Positions 48,860-59,357 of a DNA stretch of 64,000 nt are shown in pieces. This DNA comes from Methanotrichaceae archaeon (lineage in GTDB: Archaea > Halobacteriota > Methanosarcinia > Methanotrichales > Methanotrichaceae): assembly GCA_963803145.1 (NCBI GenBank), contig CAWDLW010000025.1, positions 64,001-128,000 of the forward strand, written 5' to 3'. The position numbers and the translations under genes were made by a program. The notes beneath the pieces were generated by a model. It searched no databases. It was not told where the DNA came from and saw only the letters and a program-made list of their open reading frames with translations. The number at the start of each line of letters is the position of its first letter. Position 1 is the first letter of the stretch.

Positions 48860-49814
48860 GGCTCTGTTTAAGTTTAGAGGCAGCAGGCAGAACTCTCGAT
48901 ATTGCGATTTCCTTGGCAATGCTATTAAAGAAGTATGCCGAACAGAAAATTATTTTCAAAGAATCTAAGTTGCTTAGGGGGTTTGCTTTTATATAGCACG
49001 GGAAGAGCTGGATTGTAAAGTTAACCACTTGCCATATCTTTCGAGGCATGCCGAAAACGGGCGAATTAGCGATATCTATAGGAGTAATGACTTCATCTGA
49101 TGGAGCATAACCCAGCAGCTTAGAGACCATCTTTTGTCTTATGCGAATTACAGCTCTATTTCTTGGCAGAGAGTTTAATGAACTGGCACATCCGTCCCAG
49201 ATCCTATATTCCACCAGGGCTTCGCCTAAAACTGATATTTGAGTTACTTCGGCAGCTCGAACCCAGAGATCGTAGTCCTCTGCAGGCAGAGCTTCTTGAT
49301 AATAAAAGCCCAGGTTTCTGATGATATCCATCCTCATCATGACTGTGGGATGGCTAATGCAGTTCTCAAAGTAGAGATACCATTTAATAATCCTTGGATC
49401 GGTAAATGAGCGAGCGACCTTTCTTAGCCTGCCTGCAGCGTCGATGTACATTATCCAGGTGCCCAGTATGCCGATATCGGGGTGTCCCTCGAGATAATGG
49501 ACCTGCTTCTCTAATCGTTGTGGCAGGCTCCGGTCATCGGCGTCCATGCGAGCGATATATTTTCCTCTGGCCAAGCGGCAGCCCTGGTTGAGGGCTGGAA
49601 CCAGACCGCTTCCCTCCTGGTAAACTACCCTTATGCGGGGGTCCTTGAGGCGATAGAATTCCAGGATGGCATCTGTGCGGTCTGTCGATTTATCGGCTAC
49701 TATTATCAGCTCAAGATCATGAAATGTCTGACCAAGGATGCTCTCAATAGCCTCCCCAAGATAGCGCTCGCAGTTGTATACAGGCATGACCACGCTGACA
49801 AGGGGAGATGACAG
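48852..49814 (-). CDS. GT2 glycosyltransferase
   Basis: VSVVMPVYN, ARMDADD and EDYDLW motifs. Likely CTG start at 49814 behind GGAGGTG. Confidence 0.88.
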   Translation of the reverse strand: MSSPLVSVVMPVYNCERYLGEAIESILGQTFHDLELIIVADKSTDRTDAILEFYRLKDPRIRVVYQEGSGLVPALNQGCRLARGKYIARMDADDRSLPQRLEKQVHYLEGHPDIGILGTWIMYIDAAGRLRKVARSFTDPRIIKWYLYFENCISHPTVMMRMDIIRNLGFYYQEALPAEDYDLWVRAAEVTQISVLGEALVEYRIWDGCASSLNSLPRNRAVIRIRQKMVSKLLGYAPSDEVITPIDIANSPVFGMPRKIWQVVNFTIQLFPCYIKANPLSNLDSLKIIFCSAYFFNSIAKEIAISRVLPAASKLKQSLT

Positions 49815-50960
49815 CTATAGCACCTCCGAGGTTCTTCCGGGAGCCACATCTCCCTTCAAAATGGCATCGACAGGTTCTGATGGGAGTCCTATGTGCCGGA
49901 ATATCAGATCAAAACGGTGGACATAAGTGTGCTCGTGCAGGGTTCGTTCGTACCCAGTCCTGGCTATGACTGCACGTTTCTCCTCATGCTCCAGGTAGTA
50001 TCGAACCTTCCCCACAAGATCCTCCTTATCCTCAAAACATACCACATCTCTTCCAGGCTCATAATATTCCTCCAGATTTTCTGCACTGCCTGTTAGAGTG
50101 AATCCGCCACAACCGGGCACCTCAAAGTTTCTGCCTTTGATCTGATCTGCAAGTTGTATACGATCCGCCTCGGTGGTTTTATTCAAGGCGGATAGGCATC
50201 GTTTGCCTACGCTCTTGATTCCTGAACCAAAGGGCATGGTGTTCAGAGATTTTGAAATCAGGCCGCAGGCGGAGTTCACGGTGGGTGATGAGGCATAGAT
50301 AGAGGCGTTGGAAAGGTTTAGATTGATCCGGCTCTGGTTGAATACTCTGATCATATCCTCTTGTGAGATCCTGCCCGACTCCCAGCCCGAACCCCATGCT
50401 TTGGCATCTATTCCTGCATCTATAAGGGCGTCGATGAATTCTCTTCTGTTCCCATGAGGCTGGCCAACGAATGTGACATCATATTTCAATGGCAGATCCA
50501 GCTTGCGATAGAGAAATGTATTGCATGCCCACTGGCTTTTGATGACATTTTTATAGCCTCGTGCAGCATACTTTGGCAGGGCGCTCTTTGCTGTTGTGAT
50601 AACCCAGTTAAAACACGGCGCCCAATCGCAAGAGAAGTTATCGAAACGCCAATGGTCATCGCAAAACCAATTTATGGTAGTAGTATCTGTGCTCTTGGAT
50701 ATTTCCTTGATCACAGCCTTATCAAGCTCATCTTTGAAGAGGACGGTGAACATAATATCCGGCTTCTCTGTCAGTACAACATCAAGCAGCCTGCGGTTCA
50801 TCTCCTTCTTGCCGTGCTCCTGCATAATGGTCATGAAGTCGAAGTAAATGATGTCGTGGCCCATATGCAGTAGAGAATGATAGAAGTTATAGTGCTCAAA
50901 GCTGTAGCCACGGTCGGACTGGCCATAATCATATTTCAAAGCAGCATATAGAATTCTCAA
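49815..50960 (-). CDS. CgeB-like glycosyltransferase (Glyco_trans_1_2)
   Basis: WF.DD.W, DVTFVG, INLN and R.FEVPGCGGF motifs. Confidence 0.85.
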   Translation of the reverse strand: MRILYAALKYDYGQSDRGYSFEHYNFYHSLLHMGHDIIYFDFMTIMQEHGKKEMNRRLLDVVLTEKPDIMFTVLFKDELDKAVIKEISKSTDTTTINWFCDDHWRFDNFSCDWAPCFNWVITTAKSALPKYAARGYKNVIKSQWACNTFLYRKLDLPLKYDVTFVGQPHGNRREFIDALIDAGIDAKAWGSGWESGRISQEDMIRVFNQSRINLNLSNASIYASSPTVNSACGLISKSLNTMPFGSGIKSVGKRCLSALNKTTEADRIQLADQIKGRNFEVPGCGGFTLTGSAENLEEYYEPGRDVVCFEDKEDLVGKVRYYLEHEEKRAVIARTGYERTLHEHTYVHRFDLIFRHIGLPSEPVDAILKGDVAPGRTSEVL

Positions 50961-51028
50961 TGTGCGCTCCTTCTCTTTGCTGTTATGCTTATTTCTCTAT
51001 CAGGGTTTTAGGATGATTCCAAGACATA

Positions 51029-52018
51029 TTATTGAAAAACACCCTTTGCATATTCAAAGATATGACGTACCTTTAAGAATGGATTGATAAAGGCAGATTC
51101 CGGCTTGAGTACAACTGTCTCAATAGAAGTTGAAATCGGTTCCATTTCATTGCATATGTGTGCAAGCATAGGAAATAGGTTATACCGATCAAGCACTAAA
51201 CGCTTAGCATCTATTATATCTTCTATCGATCTTTCATAGGTTTTATTTTTAATAAGTTCTTCGATAACAGATATTGCTTGATCTGGATTATCGATAGAGA
51301 TCGAAGTAAACGATCCTTCTGGGAAATAGTTAGATAAATTTGTGCATCCATAATAAATTGGGTAAGCGTGGGCGAGGAAGGCATCAGAGATTTTTTCAGT
51401 CCAATAATCCGCAATACTACAGTTCTCCAAGGCAATATGGTACTTGTAGGGATAAATCGCGTCCCATTTATCCGGTATGGGATTAAACCCCCTTCCAAAA
51501 ATATCAATACTAGACCCGAAGTGCGATTTTAACCTATCTACGAATTGAAGACGCAGCCTGTGGCCAGGCGTTTTTGATTTGGATGAACATATAACGGATA
51601 AAAGCTTGGTTTTATGAACTTCTTTGAGATTTTGGAAGTAATCGTAATCTAATTTAGCGATATTTTCTCCTTTCGGCATTCGAATGACACCTGCATGCCA
51701 TGGTTGTGATTGTTGGCTACGAATAACATGGGGATGGTTTATATTAGTTTGACAGGTAATAACAGTGCTGAATTGTGCCAGAAAGCCAGGAGAATATCTT
51801 TTTACGGTCGGAGGCTCACCGGTTATAAGGATGATATTTTGCGGAGGACAGCGAGTGCTTTCTTCTGTTTTCAGACCCTCATAAACTATCCAATAATCGC
51901 ACTCGGGAACTTCATCATTAACAAAGAACTTGCAATCTCCCCAAATACCATTTGAGCCTGGAGTTTGCCGTATTACAGGCCAAGATGTGAATGGATCGGA
52001 TAATTTTATGCGAGTCAT
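51029..52018 (-). CDS. GT10-like (fucosyltransferase family) glycosyltransferase
   Basis: GEPP, K...I.PYKY.IALEN...DYWTEKI.D and PIYYG motifs. Confidence 0.82.
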   Translation of the reverse strand: MTRIKLSDPFTSWPVIRQTPGSNGIWGDCKFFVNDEVPECDYWIVYEGLKTEESTRCPPQNIILITGEPPTVKRYSPGFLAQFSTVITCQTNINHPHVIRSQQSQPWHAGVIRMPKGENIAKLDYDYFQNLKEVHKTKLLSVICSSKSKTPGHRLRLQFVDRLKSHFGSSIDIFGRGFNPIPDKWDAIYPYKYHIALENCSIADYWTEKISDAFLAHAYPIYYGCTNLSNYFPEGSFTSISIDNPDQAISVIEELIKNKTYERSIEDIIDAKRLVLDRYNLFPMLAHICNEMEPISTSIETVVLKPESAFINPFLKVRHIFEYAKGVFQ

Positions 52019-52106
52019 TTAAATTCCAGTTTATTAAAGTGAGTTAAGACTGTAACGCTTACAAGTATATAATTATTTGGAGAGTTATTACATTTTGAAA
52101 ATAGCT

Positions 52107-52976
52107 TTAAAATACAATTTTAATATTCCGTAGTACTCGGGAACCGAGTTCGTATAATATACATTTGATGTTTAAAATATGATAAAGCCTATATTTGTCG
52201 GCAGTATGATTAGGATCTGTGAATTCCTTTGCTATCTGGCCGCCGGACTCACTGCTCCCATTATAAAAAGATCCTGTCCACTTATCCAAATAGCTCTTCC
52301 AATCTTCTCTTTCTCTTTCAGCATTAGACCTTCGTAAAAATGGATCTGCGTGAGAATAGTGCTCAACGTAAGAATCAGGGGAATCTACAATACGATATCC
52401 CTTTTCCCATATTTTTAGACAAAGGTCGCCGTCTGCATAATAAAAGTGGTATGTTTCTTCATCTATGAAACCAATATCTTCCAGAGCCTTTTTTAAATAC
52501 ATTCCATGATTAACGAACATCTTATTACCTAATGTCAATCCTACCCAATATTTCCCTTTCTCTGGCCAATGACGCCAATAGAATGCTAAAGCGCCGACTT
52601 TTTGACCTGCATTGATTTTTTCTTCAAATAAATTATATCCGTTTATTATAGATCCAGGTACGATAAGGCAGTCATCGCTTAACATACATATGTATTTGCC
52701 ATGAGCGCATTTGAACCCAAGGTTCATAAAATATCCCCATGGCTTGCGATCTAATTTCTCACCTTTCCATCTTCCACGATTATGCTGGATGATAGTAATG
52801 ATATCTTTCTGTTTCATTAACCATTTCAAGGCTCCATCAGTCGATCCACCATCCACGATGATCATCTCGTGGGGGATTGATTTCAGCTCATCTCGAACGC
52901 TTTCGATGGTAAGCTTTAGAAGTTTAGAACGGTTATAGCTGCCAATTACGACGGAGATTATTGGTTTAGTTTCCAT
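52107..52976 (-). CDS. GT2 glycosyltransferase
   Basis: ISVVI.SYNR, VDGGSTDG, LSDD and D.DLCLK motifs. Confidence 0.88.
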   Translation of the reverse strand: METKPIISVVIGSYNRSKLLKLTIESVRDELKSIPHEMIIVDGGSTDGALKWLMKQKDIITIIQHNRGRWKGEKLDRKPWGYFMNLGFKCAHGKYICMLSDDCLIVPGSIINGYNLFEEKINAGQKVGALAFYWRHWPEKGKYWVGLTLGNKMFVNHGMYLKKALEDIGFIDEETYHFYYADGDLCLKIWEKGYRIVDSPDSYVEHYSHADPFLRRSNAEREREDWKSYLDKWTGSFYNGSSESGGQIAKEFTDPNHTADKYRLYHILNIKCILYELGSRVLRNIKIVF

Positions 52977-53071
52977 CCTTCCTCATTAGATAGGCTTACT
53001 CTGCTATTGGATTATTTATACGTGCTATCTTGCCATATATAGAAACCTGATTTGGATAAGAACAAATAGGT

Positions 53072-53851
53072 TTATGCTTTCTTTCTAAACCAGAAGCATC
53101 CGCATCCATACGTACAGGAATCGGCGAGCGCTCTCGGGGCGTTTCGTATAAGGCCGCCGATTTTAGGATCATCTGGGATTAAAGCAAATTCAATCAAATC
53201 CGTGTCTGAAAAATAACTTAGAATTTGATCATATGAGTATATTCTATGGGCATTGAACATTATCTTCGGCATTTTCCCCAGAGGAACTACGAAAAGCAAA
53301 TTACCTTCCCGAGATAGTACTCTTTTTAACTCAGATATAGCTCTTAAATCACCATCTGGATTTAAGGGGTCCCCGTATCTTCCCAAACCCACATGTTCCA
53401 CTACATGCATACAGGATAAAGAATTAATGCTTTCATTATCAAAGGGTAATTTAAGAAGATCTGCAGAGCCTGTATATAGATTATCTAGGGATAAATCCGT
53501 ACGGCGGTAATCATAGAACTTGATTGGAATAAACGCGGAAACAATAGCGCAGAAATACAGTGTAGAAGAGATATCTACATGAAATGCAGGTTTAGTCTGG
53601 GATAAGATTCTGGCAGCCCATGCTGCATGATAGACATAATGTCTATCAAATTCGGTCATTGATGTTTTTTCTGTAAGGCATGGATACCAATCACTTTGTC
53701 GAAGCTGAAATCGTTGCTTAGTGTTAATGGACAACGATTTAAATTGGTAATAGTCTTTTATAAAAGGGCAATAGGCGATATTCTTGCGTAGCCGCAGATA
53801 TAGCGATGCTAATACAGTATCCTTGAAGGCAGATTTAATATTATCGCACAT
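53072..53851 (-). CDS. DUF268-like SAM-dependent methyltransferase-fold protein
   Basis: HVDISS, SCMHVVEHVGLGRYGDP and FNAHRIY motifs. Confidence 0.8.
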   Translation of the reverse strand: MCDNIKSAFKDTVLASLYLRLRKNIAYCPFIKDYYQFKSLSINTKQRFQLRQSDWYPCLTEKTSMTEFDRHYVYHAAWAARILSQTKPAFHVDISSTLYFCAIVSAFIPIKFYDYRRTDLSLDNLYTGSADLLKLPFDNESINSLSCMHVVEHVGLGRYGDPLNPDGDLRAISELKRVLSREGNLLFVVPLGKMPKIMFNAHRIYSYDQILSYFSDTDLIEFALIPDDPKIGGLIRNAPRALADSCTYGCGCFWFRKKA

Positions 53852-53996
53852 TTTAATATTATTATAATATTTACTACGAAGGTTTTTCGGTCATCATGAG
53901 GGATATGAAATCATGTATCGATTGGGATTATCATTCGCATTCGCACTCCTTTATACAACCACATGTATGTTTAATACATCGACATTTACATCTACT

Positions 53997-55310
53997 TTAG
54001 CACCATTTTTTAATGATATCCTTGTACCAACATAAATAATCATTGACCTGCTTGTCCAAGTTAAATTTATTATTAACCACCTTTGAGCCATTGTATCCCA
54101 TTTTATCGGTCAAACAGTCATCTTGCAAAAGTTCCAAAATCTTATGGCTCATTTCCGTTGAATCCCCTTGCGGTACAAGAAAACCTGTATGGAAATCATC
54201 TACTTGTTCAGGTATGCCACCAACAGATGTTGCTACGACGGGTGTTCCACACGATAAAGCTTCAAGTATAGTATTAGGAAATGTATCTGCTCGTGCAGCA
54301 TGAATATATATATCCGCAGATTGATAATAACGTGCGACAATTAAAGGGTCTTTTTGATAATCAATAAATTGAACTCTTGCTGATCCTATCTTTTCTGGTA
54401 CGCTATTCTCACCCAAAGCAATGAATAAAATATCTTTTTTATATGACGACTTTGCAACCAGTGAAATAGCCTTTCTCAGTGTTTCGTAATCCTTCCATAT
54501 ATTTTCTTTTAATCCTGCAGCAGCAAAGAGAAGTATTTTGGTTCTTTGAGGTAGACCAAGTATCTCTCTTGCAAGCGTTTTCTCGGAATGGTTGAAGATC
54601 TTTCGATCTACTCCATTAGGTATCACCTTTGATTCCACGATAGCAGAAGTTAGCATAGAGCTTTTTACTTTGCTCATTAACCAACTGCATGGGGTAGTTA
54701 TATAGAGCCTGCTTCGAGCATAGATATTGCGTTTAAACATCCAATTATGCGCGGTAGAATCATGCCTGATCGAGGGGTTAATTTTAAGATCTGGACATTT
54801 TCCACAACCGCACATCCATCGTTCACATGAAAAAAAGTGCGCGCAATGACCAGTCAGCATCCAGGCATCATGGAGCGTAATCAATACCGGAACCTTATGG
54901 CTAATATGTGGTAATATGCGAAGATCGAAATATCCTCCATGAAGGTTATGACAATGAAGGATATCAAGATCTTCTAGCCTTGAACTGAGAAAAGTGTTGC
55001 TACCAGGAAAATCAAAATCCTCTCGCCCAATTAATATCTTCGAACATCGATAAGGTTGACCGATCCATTTTAAACTTGGAAAATTTGATGAATAACCTAG
55101 ATTTAACCAAATACGTGCCCAAGTGCTACGAAGATTATCGTTTGGTATTTGTAATACATCTTTATCATCGCTTGTCTTATTTCCAACTGCAAGATAAGAC
55201 TTATAGCCTTTTTGACGATACGATTGAAATAAGCTATAGGCTACCTTCCCAGCGCCCCCTACGGTATCTAGAGCATTTACCTGTAGGACGCTTAGGCTGT
55301 GGTTATCCAT
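53997..55310 (-). CDS. GT4 glycosyltransferase (WcaC-like)
   Basis: GGA, HNLHG, TLHD.W..TGHC and DTFPNTILEA motifs. ATG 55310 is preferred because it couples to the upstream stop. Confidence 0.88.
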   Translation of the reverse strand: MDNHSLSVLQVNALDTVGGAGKVAYSLFQSYRQKGYKSYLAVGNKTSDDKDVLQIPNDNLRSTWARIWLNLGYSSNFPSLKWIGQPYRCSKILIGREDFDFPGSNTFLSSRLEDLDILHCHNLHGGYFDLRILPHISHKVPVLITLHDAWMLTGHCAHFFSCERWMCGCGKCPDLKINPSIRHDSTAHNWMFKRNIYARSRLYITTPCSWLMSKVKSSMLTSAIVESKVIPNGVDRKIFNHSEKTLAREILGLPQRTKILLFAAAGLKENIWKDYETLRKAISLVAKSSYKKDILFIALGENSVPEKIGSARVQFIDYQKDPLIVARYYQSADIYIHAARADTFPNTILEALSCGTPVVATSVGGIPEQVDDFHTGFLVPQGDSTEMSHKILELLQDDCLTDKMGYNGSKVVNNKFNLDKQVNDYLCWYKDIIKKWC

Positions 55311-56376
55311 AAAACCAGTATCGTAACCTATGGGCAAATTCATCACCGTTCCAATCTCGAACCAAAAAACGAGGGAGATAATACAGATCGGATTGTTGGG
55401 TAACAGGGGCAGCAAAATTAGCGCATCCTCTAGAATAACCAGCATCCATAATTAACTGAACTATATTTCCTCTGGCATCGCTTTCGATCCCATATGGATA
55501 GGAAAAACTCTTCACTTTATTTCCAATTAGTTTTTCAAGGTATTTTTTACTCTCGAAGATTTCCTTTCTCTGGGCTTCTTTAGGCATCTTTAAAAGCATT
55601 GGATGAGTGACACTATGAGACCCTATCTCTATCAAACCACTGGAATTTAATTTCTTTATTTCTTCATTTGCTAGTGCTCTATAATCCTTACGCCCATATC
55701 GTGAAGCTCCAGACCATTCAATCAGTGTTTCTATCACTTCTTGTTGTTGTTCTTCCATTAAAGGGAGAAGCAAATGATGGAGATCGAGATATGTTTTTTG
55801 TCGAAGATTGGGTTTTGAGTGCATAGTGACATTCCACGAAGGCCTGAAATCTTGTATTTTATAACCATCACTTAGGTCTGTTTTTGATTCCAAATGCCTA
55901 TTTCCGTCATTAAGCTTCCAGTGATAGCTTTTGCCATCAATAACGAGATTAAGGTCTTTTGGGAGATTCTCCTGTAGAAGCAAGATTCTTTCTAACTCAT
56001 CCCACCAAAATTCTCTATTACTGCCCACATAACCAGTTGTAACAAATACAGTTGCACGTATACAATATTTCTCAAGAAGTGGTTTAGCATTCCACAAATT
56101 ATCTACATAGCCATCATCGAAAGTAATTGCAACAGAGTGCTGTGATATGCTCCCTGAAATGATATCTTGGCCTAATTTAGCTAAGCTTAATGGCTCGTAG
56201 TACTGCTGAAGGATATTTAGATGTTCTTCAAAATGCCGAGGTGTTACGCTAAGTAATTGCGGATCATTCCTTAAATTTGCTACCCTATGATAGGCCAAAA
56301 TAATCGTATGACTTGGTTTTTTCCCTTGTATCTTATTCATAAAATAATTTAATTTCTTAAGCGTGGGTAAATGCAT
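55303..56376 (-). CDS. Polysaccharide deacetylase (CE4)
   Basis: YHRV, TFDDGY, GSHSVTH and FSYPYG motifs. Confidence 0.92.
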   Translation of the reverse strand: MHLPTLKKLNYFMNKIQGKKPSHTIILAYHRVANLRNDPQLLSVTPRHFEEHLNILQQYYEPLSLAKLGQDIISGSISQHSVAITFDDGYVDNLWNAKPLLEKYCIRATVFVTTGYVGSNREFWWDELERILLLQENLPKDLNLVIDGKSYHWKLNDGNRHLESKTDLSDGYKIQDFRPSWNVTMHSKPNLRQKTYLDLHHLLLPLMEEQQQEVIETLIEWSGASRYGRKDYRALANEEIKKLNSSGLIEIGSHSVTHPMLLKMPKEAQRKEIFESKKYLEKLIGNKVKSFSYPYGIESDARGNIVQLIMDAGYSRGCANFAAPVTQQSDLYYLPRFLVRDWNGDEFAHRLRYWFYG

Positions 56377-56379
56377 AGG

Positions 56380-57108
56380 TTATCCGCTCTTAGGTTTTAT
56401 AGCACGGATAGTAATTAATACTTCATAATTAGGATCGTTATATTCTAATTCTTCTCTGAGAAGTTCTTCGGTAGCCAATCCATGTAGGGACGAGATAGCA
56501 ACAAGCACATTTCCGTATGATCGGACCTCGATATTTTTAGAAGGAAAATATGCCTCAAAAAGCCGTTTTGTAGATAATGTAGTAAACCTCCAGTAATCTC
56601 CCCATCTATCCATATCATAACGACTGATTTGGCAAATACCAGGGACCGTAGCTAATAATACCCCACCAGGTTTTAGCGCAAAATAACTATTCTTTATCGC
56701 AGAACTAACGTCATAAATGCAAAGCAATGTTTGAGTAAGTATCATGCAATCAAATACATCCTTTGGGATGCCCTCCCCCGTCGCTAGATTGCCGATAATA
56801 GTAGCTTCTTCATTGCTATAATCGGCATGGAGTATATCGATATGATCTATTTGTTTACCTCCAAATTTTCGTGAGTAATAATCATCGGCAATTTCCAATA
56901 CATTTCCTCTGATATCATCTGAATGCTCTGCTAAAAATTTTTCGATATAATATCTTCCAATAGGCGTTCCACGATCATAACCAAAAGCTGTACTAATAGG
57001 TTCTAATCTACGCAAACTTCCAAAACGAATAGTTTGCGAGCGATGGATATAATTGCCCAACAATTTCTTTAGATGATTTGATTTTGATAGAAAATTACAT
57101 CGGTCCAT
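56380..57108 (-). CDS. SAM-dependent methyltransferase
   Basis: FG.DRG.PI.RYY, FDC..LTQ, LKPGG and DYWRFT motifs. Confidence 0.85.
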   Translation of the reverse strand: MDRCNFLSKSNHLKKLLGNYIHRSQTIRFGSLRRLEPISTAFGYDRGTPIGRYYIEKFLAEHSDDIRGNVLEIADDYYSRKFGGKQIDHIDILHADYSNEEATIIGNLATGEGIPKDVFDCMILTQTLLCIYDVSSAIKNSYFALKPGGVLLATVPGICQISRYDMDRWGDYWRFTTLSTKRLFEAYFPSKNIEVRSYGNVLVAISSLHGLATEELLREELEYNDPNYEVLITIRAIKPKSG

Positions 57109-58441
57109 AATTTATAACCTTAGTTTTCATTTTTGCCAATTCCCTTAGCATCCAGTCATTATCTTCAATTATTTTCTCATTCACATTAAATATTTTCGCA
57201 CAAACAGTGTTATAATCATTTTCTATTTTCTTTACTGACTCGATGATCTTATCGTTGCCACAATCTTGCAAATCGATTGCAATATTAGGGCTGCCGTAGA
57301 ATTCAATTAAACCTTCGGATTTATACTTATAATAGGAGCCTGAAAATAAAATGATTGCTGGATGGCCTTGGGAAAGAGAAAATACATGAATATGATAGCT
57401 TAAGCCAAGTGAATATTTTGCCTTTCCCACAGCACCTTTAACGATACAAACGTCTTTGCACAAAGGCGCAATGAGCAGACGTTCTCGATGCGACATAAGG
57501 CTCTTAATTAAGGATCCATAATCCTTATCCCGACCGGAATGTTCATGATAGCTCATCGGGAAAAAAATAAAATAATGGGGAACACTTTCAGCTATAATAT
57601 CCAAGATCTCAGCGAGCCTTGCTGCCATGTGTGTTGTATCTTGAGTATAATCGCTTGAACGAAAATGGGTAGCAATATAAGAAGCACCATCTGGAAGCCC
57701 GCTATCATGAAGCAGTTTTTCTATAGCCTGCTCATTACCGGTAGGTAAGGTAAGTGCTTCGTCGCCTACTATTTTATAAATGACGTTTTCAGGCTTCTCT
57801 CTTTCGACTATCGATTGACTTACAGAATGGTCGCGAAAAGAGAGAAGATCTACATTGGAAAAAGCTTTGCGCATCATTTTTTGAGCCCATTCTGTCTTCA
57901 GAGGTCCTATTCCTTGGGAAGATATGGCAATTATTTTCACATATGATTTCGCAAATGTATATAGCCAACATTTGTATATAACGCCTGTGAGCCAAAAATC
58001 ATTGAAATCAGCAGCACCAACGCCATAAAAAATGTCGCACGTCTTTATCAGGGACAAAAAGCTTTTTAAATCGTTACTACTGGTTGGCGGCAATCCTGAA
58101 TTTAGCAAGTATAATCTTAAATTTAGCCACTTAGAAGCTAAAATTAACGAAGTCGCATAATCAAATATATGTAAATTGCTTAGTAAAGGCATCTTGCGTA
58201 TAATTGCAAATGGTAAATCAAAAATATTCCCCCATTTGATAAGTTCCTTATACGGAGAGGGCACTTTGATTACTTTAGATAGACCTTGGGGTAATGGATT
58301 ACTGGGTACATATGGCAAAACAAATTCGCATGGGCCTAAATATTTATCCAATCTTAACAGTGCATTAAGAAGCATGGCTTCATCACCGAGATTGCCATAG
58401 GCTTCACCATGATCTACATAAATTCTTAGTTTTTTATCCAT
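57095..58441 (-). CDS. Polysaccharide pyruvyl transferase family protein
   Basis: GNLGDEAM, QGIGP, FRD..S and SYH motifs. Confidence 0.8.
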   Translation of the reverse strand: MDKKLRIYVDHGEAYGNLGDEAMLLNALLRLDKYLGPCEFVLPYVPSNPLPQGLSKVIKVPSPYKELIKWGNIFDLPFAIIRKMPLLSNLHIFDYATSLILASKWLNLRLYLLNSGLPPTSSNDLKSFLSLIKTCDIFYGVGAADFNDFWLTGVIYKCWLYTFAKSYVKIIAISSQGIGPLKTEWAQKMMRKAFSNVDLLSFRDHSVSQSIVEREKPENVIYKIVGDEALTLPTGNEQAIEKLLHDSGLPDGASYIATHFRSSDYTQDTTHMAARLAEILDIIAESVPHYFIFFPMSYHEHSGRDKDYGSLIKSLMSHRERLLIAPLCKDVCIVKGAVGKAKYSLGLSYHIHVFSLSQGHPAIILFSGSYYKYKSEGLIEFYGSPNIAIDLQDCGNDKIIESVKKIENDYNTVCAKIFNVNEKIIEDNDWMLRELAKMKTKVINYGPM

Positions 58442-59357
58442 AAGCCTTCCGCGCAATACATGTTATTTCGGGAGTAATTTCTAAGCTTTCACACAGATTT
58501 CGTATAAGTGGCAAACTTAAAATTTTTCCAAGTGCGTGCTGGCTAATAATTCCACGGGTAAACCTGAAAGGAATAAGATAAGGATCTATATTTATTTCAA
58601 TATACTCTGATCCATTTGCCTTTCTGCAAATGCAGATATCATTAAATCCAACCATAGTTAAGTATTTTCGTAACTTGCTAGGAGTTATATAATTTAAGAG
58701 ATCATTAAATTTAGTAGGTCGCCTATATAGGTATAATGCAAATCGAGATATCTTCTTACCTAGAAATAAAGGCAAAATAGTACCATAATGCCCCTCATAG
58801 GGATAAAGATAATTGGGACATTGTATGAATAATAAACCCCCGGGTTTCAAAACTCGGTAGCATTCAGAAAGCATCTTTAAAGGGTTATTCACATGCTCAA
58901 GGGTTTGAAACGAAATTACAACGTCAAAAAAACGATTAGGGAATTCCAATTGCTCTCCTTTTCCTGGTTTAATAAGCTCAGTGGATAATCCATTTGAAGA
59001 TAAAACTCGATGTGATATTTTTATAGATTCCTGATAGTTCCCCTCGCTAGGTTCTATTCCTATGCAATTTAATCCAAGCATATTTCCTACAGCCGTGAAC
59101 ATCCCAAGGCCGCTACCTATCTCTAGATAAGATAGGGTTTGAGGATTATCGCTTGACAGCAAACTAAAAATCGTTTGCCACTGATTTTTGCGTATATTAA
59201 GTGACCAATATGCGCAAAGGCTGCTCTCAATCTCCTTTAGTCCTAGAAGTCTGGCCAGAGTAGTAGCGATCTCTTTAGACGCTACTAATGAATCCTTGGG
59301 GATCAAGACCTCATGGTTACCCACTTTGCCGACGATTAGATCCTCCATGTAATTCAC
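58434..59357 (-). CDS. Class I SAM-dependent methyltransferase
   Basis: LEIGSGLG, FDVV, LEHV, LKPGG and PNY..PYE.HY motifs. Confidence 0.88.
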   Translation of the reverse strand: MNYMEDLIVGKVGNHEVLIPKDSLVASKEIATTLARLLGLKEIESSLCAYWSLNIRKNQWQTIFSLLSSDNPQTLSYLEIGSGLGMFTAVGNMLGLNCIGIEPSEGNYQESIKISHRVLSSNGLSTELIKPGKGEQLEFPNRFFDVVISFQTLEHVNNPLKMLSECYRVLKPGGLLFIQCPNYLYPYEGHYGTILPLFLGKKISRFALYLYRRPTKFNDLLNYITPSKLRKYLTMVGFNDICICRKANGSEYIEINIDPYLIPFRFTRGIISQHALGKILSLPLIRNLCESLEITPEITCIARKAYG

